Shown: one piece after another, positions 28,816 to 38,694 of the stretch
Layout: each line of letters starts with the position of its first letter
Numbering within the stretch: the stretch's first letter is position 1
Source: an uncultured Bacteroidales bacterium
GTDB lineage: Bacteria; Bacteroidota; Bacteroidia; Bacteroidales; UBA4417
Reading direction: 5' to 3'
Assembly: GCA_903879715.1 (NCBI GenBank)
Contig: CAIRMR010000040.1
Span: 7,119-71,118, forward strand
DNA length: 64,000 nt
The notes under the pieces: generated by a model
What the model was told of the DNA's origin: nothing
The model's input: the letters and a program-made list of their open reading frames with translations, nothing else
The model's database searches: none
Made by a program: the position numbers and the translations under genes

Positions 28816-28875
28816 ATAAGCACAAAGTTAATTCTTAAAATTATTACATAAAAATCTTTAAGTCAATCCGATAGA

Positions 28876-29643
28876 ATGAGAAAATACATCCCAGTTTACA
28901 CTATAGCCTTTATCGTATTACTAAGTTTTCAGGCCACCGGACTGAAAGCCCAGAAACCGGAAGGCACCATCCGTTATCTTCGTACGCAAAACTGGGCAAA
29001 AATGATGGCCTCAGTGGATTACATCAGCAAGCAGCAGCGCGAACGCAGTATGTATATGTGGGGTACACGCTCGGAATGGAAAACCTACACGCATCTTCAC
29101 CTGAATGCTGATGAGTCGAAATATGAAAACTCGGAAGAAGAAGCCGAACCAGGAAGTGAAGGATGGAGCAACAGGAAAGAGACCTTCTTTATGAAACGCA
29201 ATTTCAAGGACAATACGCTTTATGATGGAATCACACTTCTGGGTAAAACTTACCTTATTCATGATTCAATTGTGCCTCCAAAATGGAAAATCATGAATGA
29301 CATGAAAGAAGTTGCCGGACATATCTGTATGAATGCCTCCCTGAACGATACTTTACGTAAACAGAATACAATTGTGTGGTTTGCCCTTGACATGCCTGTA
29401 AGCGCCGGCCCTGATCGCTTTTTCGGCCTGCCGGGTGTTATACTCGAAGTAGATGTTAACAATGGTGCATTGATACTTACTGCCGACAAAATTGACCTCG
29501 CACCAGTAACAACAGAGTTGGATGTGCCGGCAAAAATCAAAGGCAAGAAAATTACCATGACCGAATATGATAAATTAATTGAGAATCAGATAAAAGAACG
29601 AAAAGCGGCTGAAGAACCCTGGTTTTGGGGAATTAGTTATTAG
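28876..29643 (+). CDS. GLPGLI family protein
   Basis: 255 aa with a signal peptide. Family motif FFGLPGVILEV. Sits in the canonical position directly downstream of an OMP_b-brl_3 type barrel gene. Confidence 0.8.
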   Translation: MRKYIPVYTIAFIVLLSFQATGLKAQKPEGTIRYLRTQNWAKMMASVDYISKQQRERSMYMWGTRSEWKTYTHLHLNADESKYENSEEEAEPGSEGWSNRKETFFMKRNFKDNTLYDGITLLGKTYLIHDSIVPPKWKIMNDMKEVAGHICMNASLNDTLRKQNTIVWFALDMPVSAGPDRFFGLPGVILEVDVNNGALILTADKIDLAPVTTELDVPAKIKGKKITMTEYDKLIENQIKERKAAEEPWFWGISY

Positions 29644-29779
29644 TTTTAGAAATTTGTTAAATTTACCTCGTACTTATTCTGAAATAGTTGAATCACATTT
29701 AAGAAATCTGAATTTTCAGAGTTTAAAACATGATCTGAGTTAACCCGTTTATTTTTAATATTGATTTAAATATCTGGCA

Positions 29780-30163
29780 ATGAAAATCTCAAAATATTTA
29801 TTATCAGGTCTTTTTTTTACAATACTGCTTAGCTGTAGTAACAATCAAAAGAAGGATAACAACAAAGCCATTGTCGGAATATGGCAAAATACAACTACCC
29901 CAAATGCTGCAGTTGAATTTACCAGGGAAGGCTACTATTATCTGAGGATAAACGGAGAACGTCTTTTAATTGATGATACAATTGAGGACATGTATAGCTA
30001 TGATCCATTAGCGGAAGGAAACAACCTGATAATTTACGGTAATCCGAAAGCAGGTAATACTCAGAGCAAACTGGTGGTTATTAGTCCGGAACGAATAAAA
30101 ATATCCCTAGTCAGCCAGGGAACCATTGTTTCAGAAGCGGAGTTTACCAAAGTTAAAGAATAA
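29780..30163 (+). CDS. Small lipoprotein, hypothetical
   Basis: 127 aa. Lipobox FTILLSCSNN. Confidence 0.6.
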   Translation: MKISKYLLSGLFFTILLSCSNNQKKDNNKAIVGIWQNTTTPNAAVEFTREGYYYLRINGERLLIDDTIEDMYSYDPLAEGNNLIIYGNPKAGNTQSKLVVISPERIKISLVSQGTIVSEAEFTKVKE

Positions 30164-30358
30164 TACTCTTGAAAGGTGCCATCATAAAAGATGGTATCGG
30201 ATATAAAATCGTTGTCTCCAAGTCTGACTAATATTTTTTCATCTGTAGCTTTCAATAAAATACAATAAATATCGTGTTTGTATGTTATACTAAAGCAAAA
30301 TGTGAATACTTTTGTAAATAGAAACATTTAAGCAAATAGAAATCACTACTTATATATT

Positions 30359-30484
30359 ATGAAGAAAATAGCAGCATTTCTGGCAACAATAGTAATTCTT
30401 ACAGTATTGCTTTCGTCCTGTGGCTCATCGGAAAAATGTGCTGCATACGGAGAATATAAAGATTATCGTGTTGAAACTAAATAA
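30359..30484 (+). CDS. Mini-lipoprotein (41 aa), hypothetical; below the ORF-track length cutoff
   Basis: Manual translation: MKKIAAFLATIVILTVLLSSCGSSEKCAAYGEYKDYRVETK*. Classic signal peptide plus lipobox LSSC. A TAnnTTTG box (TACTTTTG, 30307-30314) lies 45 nt upstream of the ATG. Confidence 0.5.
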   Translation: MKKIAAFLATIVILTVLLSSCGSSEKCAAYGEYKDYRVETK

Positions 30485-30570
30485 CATATCCGGTTTCTGG
30501 AACAATTAGTTGATCATTTTAAATGAAACCAAACCGTAGCTTAGTTGTTAATTTAATAAAGGCAAAGCAT

Positions 30571-31374
30571 ATGCGGTTACTACGGGTAATTACCTTTTTC
30601 TTACTTATAATAATCTTACCTTCATTAGTTAAAGCTCAGGATGTTGCTGAAGCCGATACTGTTGATATGGGTATTCTCTTACTCCGGGAGAAATCAGCGA
30701 ACATCATGTTGCACACCCTTGGTTACGGACTCGGTTACCGGTTTGGCACAAACAAAACGTATTATAAGAACCGCATGTTCGAATTTGATCTCCTCGAAAT
30801 ACGATCCCCGACCCAGGCGCGCAGTTGGAATACAAATTTGCCAAACACGCGAAGCTACTTTTTTGGAAAGCTTAATAACCTGTATGTTATCCGGGCAGGT
30901 GTCGGGCAACAACATTTAATGAACCGCAAACCCTATTGGGGAGGAGTAGAATTGAGAGCTTTTTATTATGGCGGAATTGATTTAGGACTCGCAAAACCGA
31001 ATTATTTGTATATCGCTTATTATGCTTATGATAGCATTAACCAATATTATATATTTGACAGGACAGAACTTGAACGCTATGATCCTGAAAAGCATTTTCC
31101 GGATATAGGTACAAATTCAACCACATTGAGCAATATTTATGGCCGTGGGCCGATGCTGAGTGGCTTCAATAAAATAAAACTCTATCCAGGTCTGTATTTC
31201 AAAGGAGGTTTTAATTTTGAATTCAGCGCTGCTAATGACCGGATTAAATCAGTGGAAATCGGTGCAACTGTTGATATATTTCCTAAGCCGGTACCTATAA
31301 TGGCTTTTAAAGAAGCAACTTATTTTTTTATAACCGCTTACCTGAGTTTCCATTTAGGGAAACGATATAATTAA
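30571..31374 (+). CDS. Hypothetical secreted / outer-membrane protein
   Basis: The ORF track starts at 30523. ATG 30571 gives the signal peptide MRLLRVITFFLLIIILPSLVKAQ. Gly/Tyr/Phe-rich with alternating pattern, and the C-terminus LSFHLGKRYN looks barrel-like. Confidence 0.6.
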   Translation: MRLLRVITFFLLIIILPSLVKAQDVAEADTVDMGILLLREKSANIMLHTLGYGLGYRFGTNKTYYKNRMFEFDLLEIRSPTQARSWNTNLPNTRSYFFGKLNNLYVIRAGVGQQHLMNRKPYWGGVELRAFYYGGIDLGLAKPNYLYIAYYAYDSINQYYIFDRTELERYDPEKHFPDIGTNSTTLSNIYGRGPMLSGFNKIKLYPGLYFKGGFNFEFSAANDRIKSVEIGATVDIFPKPVPIMAFKEATYFFITAYLSFHLGKRYN

Positions 31375-31458
31375 TAAATTCTTTATTTAATTAAAATCTC
31401 TATTAACTCCCTGAATATTAGGATGGAAGATAGCTTCAGATCAATTTCGTTTTTTCTG

Positions 31459-31597
31459 ATTTGAATTTGGATTGTCTACTATCTCCGATTCCACTTTGTC
31501 ACAGTCTTCTCTGATTGTGTATACTTGTTAATAATACTTTTCTTCTCAATCCCCAAATCCCCAAATCCCCAAATTCTCAAATTCTCAAATCCTCACA
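31459..31597. repeat. 8-nt tandem repeat (TCCCCAAA x3, TTCTCAAA x2, TCCTCACA) with a partially complementary upstream block
   Basis: The tandem block spans 31543-31597. GATTTGAATTTGGATTG at 31459-31475 is roughly its complement. Lies between convergent genes. Confidence 0.65.
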
Positions 31598-31605
31598 TTA
31601 TCATT

Positions 31606-32862
31606 CTACTTCATCCCCTTAATCTCCATCTTCCTCAGTTTAGGCGCAAAGCCGGCAGTTGCCAAAACAATCATTACTGTCATCCCACCACCGAAAACTA
31701 CCGATGGGACTAACCCCAATAATTTTGCGGCCAATCCGGATTCGAAGGAACCAAGTTCGTTCGAAGATCCAACAAAAATGCTGTTTACCGAAGCAACGCG
31801 TCCCCGCATTTCATCTGGAGTATACATTTGCAGAATAGTAGAGCGAATGATCACACTTACATTGTCGAACATCCCACTGAGTGCCAGTAAACCTATCGAC
31901 AACCAGAAATTTCCTGACAAAGCAAACAATATGATGCAGATTCCAAATCCACCTACAGCCAACAGCATCTTTTTGCCCGAGCGGTGTACCGGCGGATAAT
32001 GGGCAAGGAACAACGCCATGAGTATTGCCCCTAATGCGGGAGCAGCCCTTAGAAAGCCCAGTCCCTGCGGACCGGTGTGCAAAATCTCCGAAGCAAAAAC
32101 CGGTAGCAACGCAACCGCACCACCAAATAAAACGCCAAACATATCGAGTGCCAGGGCTCCGAGCAGGACCTGGTGATTAAAAACAAATTTTATGCCTGTA
32201 GCCAGGCTCGTAAATATTCCTTCTTTGGCAATCCGGGCAGGAATTGGAACCGAAATCGTAGTATAAAAGAAGATGAGGCTAAAGGCCGAAAAGAAAACCA
32301 CACACATAAACGCAGCATGAATCCCGAAAAACCCATAAATCAATCCCCCGGCAGCAGGGCCCGAAACTGCGGCGATATGCCAGATAGTACTGTTCCAGGT
32401 AGATGAATTGGCATATAGATTACGAGGCACTATCTGGGCCATATAAGCAGTTTGGGCGGGATAAAAGAAAGCCCGTGCCAGACCGGTAAATGCTATTACG
32501 AAATATAAGGGTAATACTCCAGCTGTTTTATACAAACCTGGCATAATATAGCTCATATAAAGCAATACCATCGCTGAAACCACATAAACTGTAGCTGTCA
32601 GAACAATGATGGATTTCCTGTTAACCAGGTCAGCAACATGACCCGCAAACAATGCGACAGCCAGGAAAGGTATTGCCTCGGATAATCCAATCAAACCAAG
32701 CGAAAACGCATCATGAGTCAGATCGTAAACCTGCCAGCCCACAATTACACTTTGCATCTGAATGGCAAATGTGAGAAAAAAACGCCCGGTAATAAATTTA
32801 CGAAAGTCCTTCAGATGCCATACCGCGTAAGCGTTATTTCGTGTATTTAAGGTTTCTGCCAT
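31606..32862 (-). CDS. MFS transporter (enterobactin-exporter EntS-like subfamily)
   Basis: 418 aa with about 12 predicted TM segments. The N-terminal FRKFITGRFFLTFAIQMQSVIVGWQVY pattern is typical of MFS_3. Confidence 0.8.
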   Translation of the reverse strand: MAETLNTRNNAYAVWHLKDFRKFITGRFFLTFAIQMQSVIVGWQVYDLTHDAFSLGLIGLSEAIPFLAVALFAGHVADLVNRKSIIVLTATVYVVSAMVLLYMSYIMPGLYKTAGVLPLYFVIAFTGLARAFFYPAQTAYMAQIVPRNLYANSSTWNSTIWHIAAVSGPAAGGLIYGFFGIHAAFMCVVFFSAFSLIFFYTTISVPIPARIAKEGIFTSLATGIKFVFNHQVLLGALALDMFGVLFGGAVALLPVFASEILHTGPQGLGFLRAAPALGAILMALFLAHYPPVHRSGKKMLLAVGGFGICIILFALSGNFWLSIGLLALSGMFDNVSVIIRSTILQMYTPDEMRGRVASVNSIFVGSSNELGSFESGLAAKLLGLVPSVVFGGGMTVMIVLATAGFAPKLRKMEIKGMK

Positions 32863-33210
32863 TTTGAGTAGAAGGTACTATTTTATCTTTAAAAGCTGTT
32901 TTGTAAAGGAGTGCAAAGAAAACAAACTTATGGATAGATAGTATTTAAATGATTTAAATTTCGCGTTTAACGGCATTCTGGTTCGTTACGAATTTGTTTC
33001 CCGTAATGAAATTCAGTCCATTTTCCGGTATCGTGATAAAAAATAATCCTGTCGAGCCGGCAGGATTGTTTTCTTGCTTTGAACTGAAATCAGAAATCCG
33101 GAAATGAATAATGAATCTTGAAATCAGTTGAATTTCAATTCAGAATTGTAACAAACCATAGATACAGGTTTAGCCAAAACCAGATCAGTACTGATTACTT
33201 CATTTATTTA

Positions 33211-35265
33211 TCAATATTTCCATGTAGGCAGAAAGGAATAATTGGTGGAATAATCCAACATCTGCTTTGTAAAATTATCAGGATATTGAACCTTTACGTC
33301 GGTGATTTTTCCATTTTCCTGGACCAAAGTGAAAACCGGATTCAGAAATCCGCCGTATGGCGCCACATTCAGCTTTTTAAACCTGGCAAGCACTTCTTCG
33401 TGTAAAACCTGGTCAACTTTTACACCGTACGTTTCGACCAGGGCTTTTCCGGCATTATAATCACCTTCTGATTTAATTCGTTGAATTTCAGCTAAAAGCT
33501 TGCCAAATAATTCACGCAGCTTCACATAATCGTTAATCTTAACATAGGTCTTGCCATCCTGTTTCACAAATTCAATTACTTTGGCAGATTCACCTTTCTC
33601 AAAACACCAACCCGCAATCAACTGGCGGTTGCGCATATGCGATTCTTCAATGTTTTTGCCCGGCGCAATACGGGTTAGCTGTGTTAACAAGCCATTGCGG
33701 ATATACGAATTGTATTCAGTTTTGGCTGCATCTGCCGAAGGCAGAACTTTAAGTTCTACCATTTTCGGATCCATCATATAAAACAAAGCGAAAAGGTCGG
33801 CGCGGGCTTCTTCGAGCGTGCTTTGATAATTTCGGAGCGCCTCGCTGCTTGTGCCTGGCAGCAATTGCCCTGAACCGTGGCCCAGGCATTCGTGCAAATC
33901 AGTATGTACATTTCCTGCCAGGGAACCATACTTTTTCGAAAGCTCACGTTCTTCTTCCGTAAGGACAAACTCCTCCAGCATTCCGTTCCCCAATGCAGCC
34001 TGGTCATACGCGTAGGTAATATTATCGATAGTAACCGATTTGGAACCATGTTCCTTGCGTATCCAATCCGCATTCGGCAGGTTTATGCCAATAGGTGTTG
34101 ACGGGTAGCAATCACCGGCAAGCTGCGCGGCTGTTATTACTTTGGCCGTTACACCTTTTACCTGTTTTTTCTTAAAACGGCTGTCAACCGGCGAGTTATC
34201 CTCAAACCATTGCGCGTTACCGCTGATAATCTCTGCCCGTTTTGTGCCTTCTTTATCTTTGAAATTAACTACCGATTCCCATGTAGCTTTGCGGCCAAGC
34301 GGATCCTCGTAACTTTCGATAAAGCCATTCACAACATCAATATCACTCTTCAGATCTTTGACCCAAAGCACATTGTATTCGTCCCAGGTTTTAAGATTAC
34401 CGGTTTTGTAATACTCAACAAGTTTTGCCAGGGTAGCTTTCTGTTCAGGATTCTCAGCAGCAGTAATTGCCTTTTCGAGCCAGAAAACTATTTTCTCAAT
34501 AGCTTCCGTGTAACCGCCGCCTATCTTCCAGGTTTTTTCAACTATTTTACCATTCTCTTTAACCAGGTTTGAGTTGAGACCAAACGAAAGCGGATGCTCA
34601 GGGTCAGCTTGTTTCAGGTTTTTATAAAAAGCTTCCACTTCTGATTCATTGACACCTTCATAAAAATTAACTGCCGACGTAAGTACAAGATCAGCATTGG
34701 CATCAAGATTTACTTTTTTAGGCATTATTTCAGGATCGAACATTACGGGAGTAAGCTCTGAAATCAGTTGCCCGACTGTCTGACCCGGCTTAACCGGAAA
34801 CTTTGCCTGGTCGCTGTTTTTTATCAATTCATTGAAATAAGCAATGCTGATGCCAGGCAAAAACTTCTCTGAGGCGTAATGATGATGAATGCCATTCGAG
34901 AACCAAACCCTTTTGAGGTACACTTCGAAAGCCAGCCAATCGGCGCCTTCTTTTTTGCCATTGTAAGTCAGGTATATATTTTCGAGCGTGCGGCGGATGG
35001 CCAGGTTGTATTTGCCATTCTGATCAAAAATGATATCGCGCCCGCAAAGCGCGGCCTGGCTCAGGTAATAAACAAGTTCTTTCTGCTCAAGAGTAAGTTC
35101 CTCAAAACCGGGAACCTGGTAACGCATAATTTTAAGGTCGGCAAACTGCTCAACCAGGAATTTAAAATCTGAAGAGCCTTCCGCTTTGGGCTTTTCGTTT
35201 TTGGAAGTACAGGAAAACAGAACAATAGTCATTGTAATAGTAGTAATTAATTTAGAAGATTCCAT
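33211..35265 (-). CDS. Dipeptidyl-peptidase III (peptidase family M49)
   Basis: 684 aa with a lipoprotein-like N-terminus. M49 zinc motifs: HECLGHGSG (HExxGH) and EEARADL (EExxAD/E). Confidence 0.9.
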   Translation of the reverse strand: MESSKLITTITMTIVLFSCTSKNEKPKAEGSSDFKFLVEQFADLKIMRYQVPGFEELTLEQKELVYYLSQAALCGRDIIFDQNGKYNLAIRRTLENIYLTYNGKKEGADWLAFEVYLKRVWFSNGIHHHYASEKFLPGISIAYFNELIKNSDQAKFPVKPGQTVGQLISELTPVMFDPEIMPKKVNLDANADLVLTSAVNFYEGVNESEVEAFYKNLKQADPEHPLSFGLNSNLVKENGKIVEKTWKIGGGYTEAIEKIVFWLEKAITAAENPEQKATLAKLVEYYKTGNLKTWDEYNVLWVKDLKSDIDVVNGFIESYEDPLGRKATWESVVNFKDKEGTKRAEIISGNAQWFEDNSPVDSRFKKKQVKGVTAKVITAAQLAGDCYPSTPIGINLPNADWIRKEHGSKSVTIDNITYAYDQAALGNGMLEEFVLTEEERELSKKYGSLAGNVHTDLHECLGHGSGQLLPGTSSEALRNYQSTLEEARADLFALFYMMDPKMVELKVLPSADAAKTEYNSYIRNGLLTQLTRIAPGKNIEESHMRNRQLIAGWCFEKGESAKVIEFVKQDGKTYVKINDYVKLRELFGKLLAEIQRIKSEGDYNAGKALVETYGVKVDQVLHEEVLARFKKLNVAPYGGFLNPVFTLVQENGKITDVKVQYPDNFTKQMLDYSTNYSFLPTWKY

Positions 35266-35485
35266 ATGATGTGAAATTAAATTGGCACGTCAAAGGTAGT
35301 TTAAGTAAAATGAAAAGTGTAGATTTGATTCTTATTTTATCGATTGCATTTGATTGATTAATACAACTTTAATCAGATTAAATAGTTCAATTGTAATTAT
35401 CGAATTCCGGATTTCAGAAAATACAATTTATTTTCTTTGGATGCTTGAAATGAAGTTACTGATAACACAATCATCAATGATTCTA

Positions 35486-36682
35486 TTACTTAGGACTAAC
35501 TTTAAATAGAGAATATCCTACAATAAGCGAACATCGATGGTAATCGGTTGATGCATCCACATAACGATTCAACAAATCACTGTTGGGATAGAACCTGAAT
35601 TCCATACTGAATTTTTTATAATCTACTCCGCCACCCATAGCGTAACTACTACCATGTAAAACATTTAAATGGTATTTAGTATTGGCAAATCTTATATCAA
35701 CAGTTGAATGAAAATCGAAGTTTGAAACTGGAATAAAAAATCCATTTACGAATAATTTAAGATAATCATTTAGAAAAAAGTTATATCTGAGTCCGATTGG
35801 AAATTCTATTGATTTGTAGTCAACAGACATTTCACTCATTTTCTTATTAAAATATTGGTATGAAGGGTCTATTATAAATTCCCATTTGTTTTTGTTAAAA
35901 GGCAGAATATAACCTGCCTCCAATCCTACCCGGTAGTTAAAATCCTGATCACTATTTTTAAATTCAGGTCCGTAAAATTTTTGCATTACCGCAACTGATG
36001 AATAATCTATTCCTGCTTTTACCTTAAGAAATAAAAAATCTGTGTTTTTACCGGAAGATCTGATCGTCTTCTGTTCGGTATCATTATATTGTTTGAAGTA
36101 ACGTTCAAGTTCGCTTTGTTCATAAATAATCTTCTCAACGGAACTCAGGGTGGTTTTTGTATTCCTGACATCATTCCAAAGTTGCTGGCGAAAATCATTA
36201 TTATAAGCAACGCTCTTTTCTTGTGCGTAATATTGTTTGTAGATTAATTGTTGAACTGGAGATCCGGAAACTGAATAAAAATACCTTTCAAAATTATGAA
36301 GCCGATATTGATAAAGACAAGCTTTGCCATCGATAAGCACTTTTAAAAACAATTGCTCCTTCGACCAATTTGGCTTTCGTTCCTTTGAAAGGGTCGTTAT
36401 TTCCTCGGAAGAGCGATCAATTTTTGTCTCAGCCATAATATATTTCGATATACCTGAAATACCAAACTCTTTCACATTCAATACGTTTCCTTTTTGAAAA
36501 CGTTCATTCTCCCCTAACTTATAATCAAATTCAACAGGAGTATTCTTCCAATCATAATTTTTTATTAAACAATCAACTCTATGATTTTCATTATCAATCA
36601 AATAGCCTTTTTCGAACTTAATTTGCCCATACGAATATGTTGCGGCTAAAACCAGGATCAGAAATAATAACTTGATTTTCAT
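35486..36682 (-). CDS. Hypothetical secreted protein with C-terminal beta-barrel-like region
   Basis: 398 aa. Signal peptide MKIKLLFLILVLAATYSYGQ. Lys/Asn/Tyr/Phe-rich. The gene is visibly more AT-rich than its neighbours. Confidence 0.6.
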   Translation of the reverse strand: MKIKLLFLILVLAATYSYGQIKFEKGYLIDNENHRVDCLIKNYDWKNTPVEFDYKLGENERFQKGNVLNVKEFGISGISKYIMAETKIDRSSEEITTLSKERKPNWSKEQLFLKVLIDGKACLYQYRLHNFERYFYSVSGSPVQQLIYKQYYAQEKSVAYNNDFRQQLWNDVRNTKTTLSSVEKIIYEQSELERYFKQYNDTEQKTIRSSGKNTDFLFLKVKAGIDYSSVAVMQKFYGPEFKNSDQDFNYRVGLEAGYILPFNKNKWEFIIDPSYQYFNKKMSEMSVDYKSIEFPIGLRYNFFLNDYLKLFVNGFFIPVSNFDFHSTVDIRFANTKYHLNVLHGSSYAMGGGVDYKKFSMEFRFYPNSDLLNRYVDASTDYHRCSLIVGYSLFKVSPK

Positions 36683-36733
36683 AATAATTATATTAAAGGC
36701 TATAGAATTTTAATATTAATAGTGCTTAACTTT

Positions 36734-37459
36734 CTAAATGGAAGGGTGCCTGTTCAGGAATGCTTTTCCATTCCATACTGGAACTGCTTCGGAAGTATTG
36801 ATTTGGAAACAGTGTTGCAAATCAACAAGTTGACCAAGTTTAACCAGGCGCTGGTAATGATTGGCGTTTTTTACTACTTCCGGTATGTCATTTTTTGAAG
36901 ATTGCCATAACACAAGTGCGGCTCCTGACGCATCACAAATCGGGTTGAACTGTCCTGACTGGTCCAGAATCTCAACAAGAGCGCCTGCGCAAAGTGTATC
37001 TTCGAGGCTGAACGTGTTTTTCCATCCCGAGCAAAGGATTACAACATTCTTTTGCTGTTCCATAAGCCATCCGCTCACAGCTTTGAGATTTACAAATGCT
37101 GCCACAGCAATATTACCGGAGCTTTTAGCCATTTCAACAGCCTGGGTTCCGTTAGTGGTTGAATATGCCAGTTCTTTCCCGTTTAAGTCTGTATTTAAAA
37201 ATACAGTTGGAGAATTCCCAAAGTTGGCAAAATCAACTTTTTTTCCGTCACGTTCGGCGGCTGTCAGGTAACCTTTGTTTTTATATACAAGTAATTCATC
37301 GAGTCCCGAGACCGGGATAACGGCCCTGGCGCCGCTGTCGAATGCCGCGCAAAAGGCAGTAGTTGCGCGTAATACATCAATAATCACAACGATGTAATTG
37401 TCAGTAGTTGTTTTATATTTGTATAATGCAGGTGATAAGCAAACTTCGATACTGTTCAT
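36734..37459 (-). CDS. comB: 2-phosphosulfolactate phosphatase family protein (ComB-like)
   Basis: 241 aa. VVIIDVLRATT near the N-terminus and overall ComB-family layout. Confidence 0.7.
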   Translation of the reverse strand: MNSIEVCLSPALYKYKTTTDNYIVVIIDVLRATTAFCAAFDSGARAVIPVSGLDELLVYKNKGYLTAAERDGKKVDFANFGNSPTVFLNTDLNGKELAYSTTNGTQAVEMAKSSGNIAVAAFVNLKAVSGWLMEQQKNVVILCSGWKNTFSLEDTLCAGALVEILDQSGQFNPICDASGAALVLWQSSKNDIPEVVKNANHYQRLVKLGQLVDLQHCFQINTSEAVPVWNGKAFLNRHPSI

Positions 37460-37471
37460 TTTATGAAATAA

Positions 37472-37610
37472 GAAGTTAATGGTTAATAGAAAATAGTTAA
37501 TGGGAATCAGAATTCTGCTATTAATTACAATTTCAATATTGCAAAATCGACTTCAACTATTTTCTATTTTCCACTCACTATTTTCAATTAACTATTTTCA
37601 ATTAACTACC
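37472..37610. repeat. Inverted word-repeat hairpin in the gcvT-comB spacer
   Basis: AATAGAAAATAGTT (37485-37498) is the exact complement of AACTATTTTCTATT (37555-37568). Both arms are made of repeated GTTAATGG / ACTATTTTC words. CAGAATTCTG palindrome sits in the loop. Confidence 0.75.
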
Positions 37611-38694
37611 CTTTATAAAATGGCATTTTAACAACCTGTGCTTTGATCGCCTTGTCGCGGATGCTGATAAATATTTCGCTTCCTGCTTTCATATATGCTA
37701 CTGGAACATAAGCCATTCCAATCCCTTTTTTAACCGATGGGCCCATGGTTCCGCTAGTAACAATACCAATCTTATTGCCGGCTGCGTCAATAACATCGTA
37801 TCCATGGCGGGGAACGCCTTTATCAATAAGTTCAAATCCAACCAGTCGACGCGAGGTTCCTTCGGTTTTTTGTTTTAGGAAAATGTCCTTATTAATAAAA
37901 TCCTTGTAATCTGTAAATTTGGTAATCCATCCTAAGCCTGCTTCAATCGGGGAAGTAGTATCATCAATATCATTACCATACAAACAGAAACCCATTTCGA
38001 GGCGCAAGGTATCGCGGGCTGCCAGTCCTATAGGTTTGATCCCATATTCAGCACCGGCTTCCATCACAGCTTCATAAATCTTAACGGCGTCTTCGTTTGC
38101 CATATAAATTTCACATCCGCCTGAACCGGTATAACCTGTAGTAGCAAAAATTACGTCTTTTACACCTGCAAAATCGAGCTTTTTGAAAGTATAGTATTCC
38201 ATATCAATAACGCTGGTAGTTGTCAGCTTTTGCATTGCCTTCAGCGCAAGTGGTCCCTGGACGGCAAGCTGAGCTATTTCGTCGGAGGCATTATATAGAA
38301 TCGCGCCAACTTTATTCTGGCTTAACATCCATTCCCAATCCTTCAGCATATTCGAAGCATTTACAACCAGCAGGTATGTTTCAGTATCGACACGATACAC
38401 GAGTAAATCATCCACAATTCCACCTTTGCCATTTGGCAGGCAGGAATATTGAACTTTTCCATCCTGCAACACGGAAGCGTCATTAGTAGTTACATATTGG
38501 ATAAAAGCCAGAGCATTCGGTCCCTTCACCCATATTTCGCCCATATGCGAAACATCAAAAACGCCAAGTTTGGTGCGCACAGTTTCATGCTCATCATTAA
38601 TGCCCGAAAACTGAATCGGCATATTGTAACCCGCAAAAGGAAGCATTTTTGCGCCTAAAGCCATATGGATTTGTGTAAACGCTGTATTTTTCAT
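37606..38694 (-). CDS. gcvT: Glycine cleavage system aminomethyltransferase GcvT
   Basis: The ORF track starts at 38742. Internal ATG 38694 ([29 protein letters not shown]) matches the canonical GcvT N-terminus. [14 protein letters not shown] and [10 protein letters not shown] are present. Confidence 0.92.
   Translation of the reverse strand: MKNTAFTQIHMALGAKMLPFAGYNMPIQFSGINDEHETVRTKLGVFDVSHMGEIWVKGPNALAFIQYVTTNDASVLQDGKVQYSCLPNGKGGIVDDLLVYRVDTETYLLVVNASNMLKDWEWMLSQNKVGAILYNASDEIAQLAVQGPLALKAMQKLTTTSVIDMEYYTFKKLDFAGVKDVIFATTGYTGSGGCEIYMANEDAVKIYEAVMEAGAEYGIKPIGLAARDTLRLEMGFCLYGNDIDDTTSPIEAGLGWITKFTDYKDFINKDIFLKQKTEGTSRRLVGFELIDKGVPRHGYDVIDAAGNKIGIVTSGTMGPSVKKGIGMAYVPVAYMKAGSEIFISIRDKAIKAQVVKMPFYKG

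Noticed and set aside
31543-31597. Telomere-like CCCCAAA repeats
   Set aside because: There are only about 6 degenerate 8-nt units, internal to a bacterial chromosome segment between two ordinary genes. They are better explained as one more intergenic tandem word block.
33087-35417. 10-nt inverted match (GAAATCCGGA / TCCGGATTTC) flanking the DPP-III gene
   Set aside because: A single 10-mer match on opposite sides of a 2-kb gene is within chance expectation, given the number of possible pairs in 64 kb.
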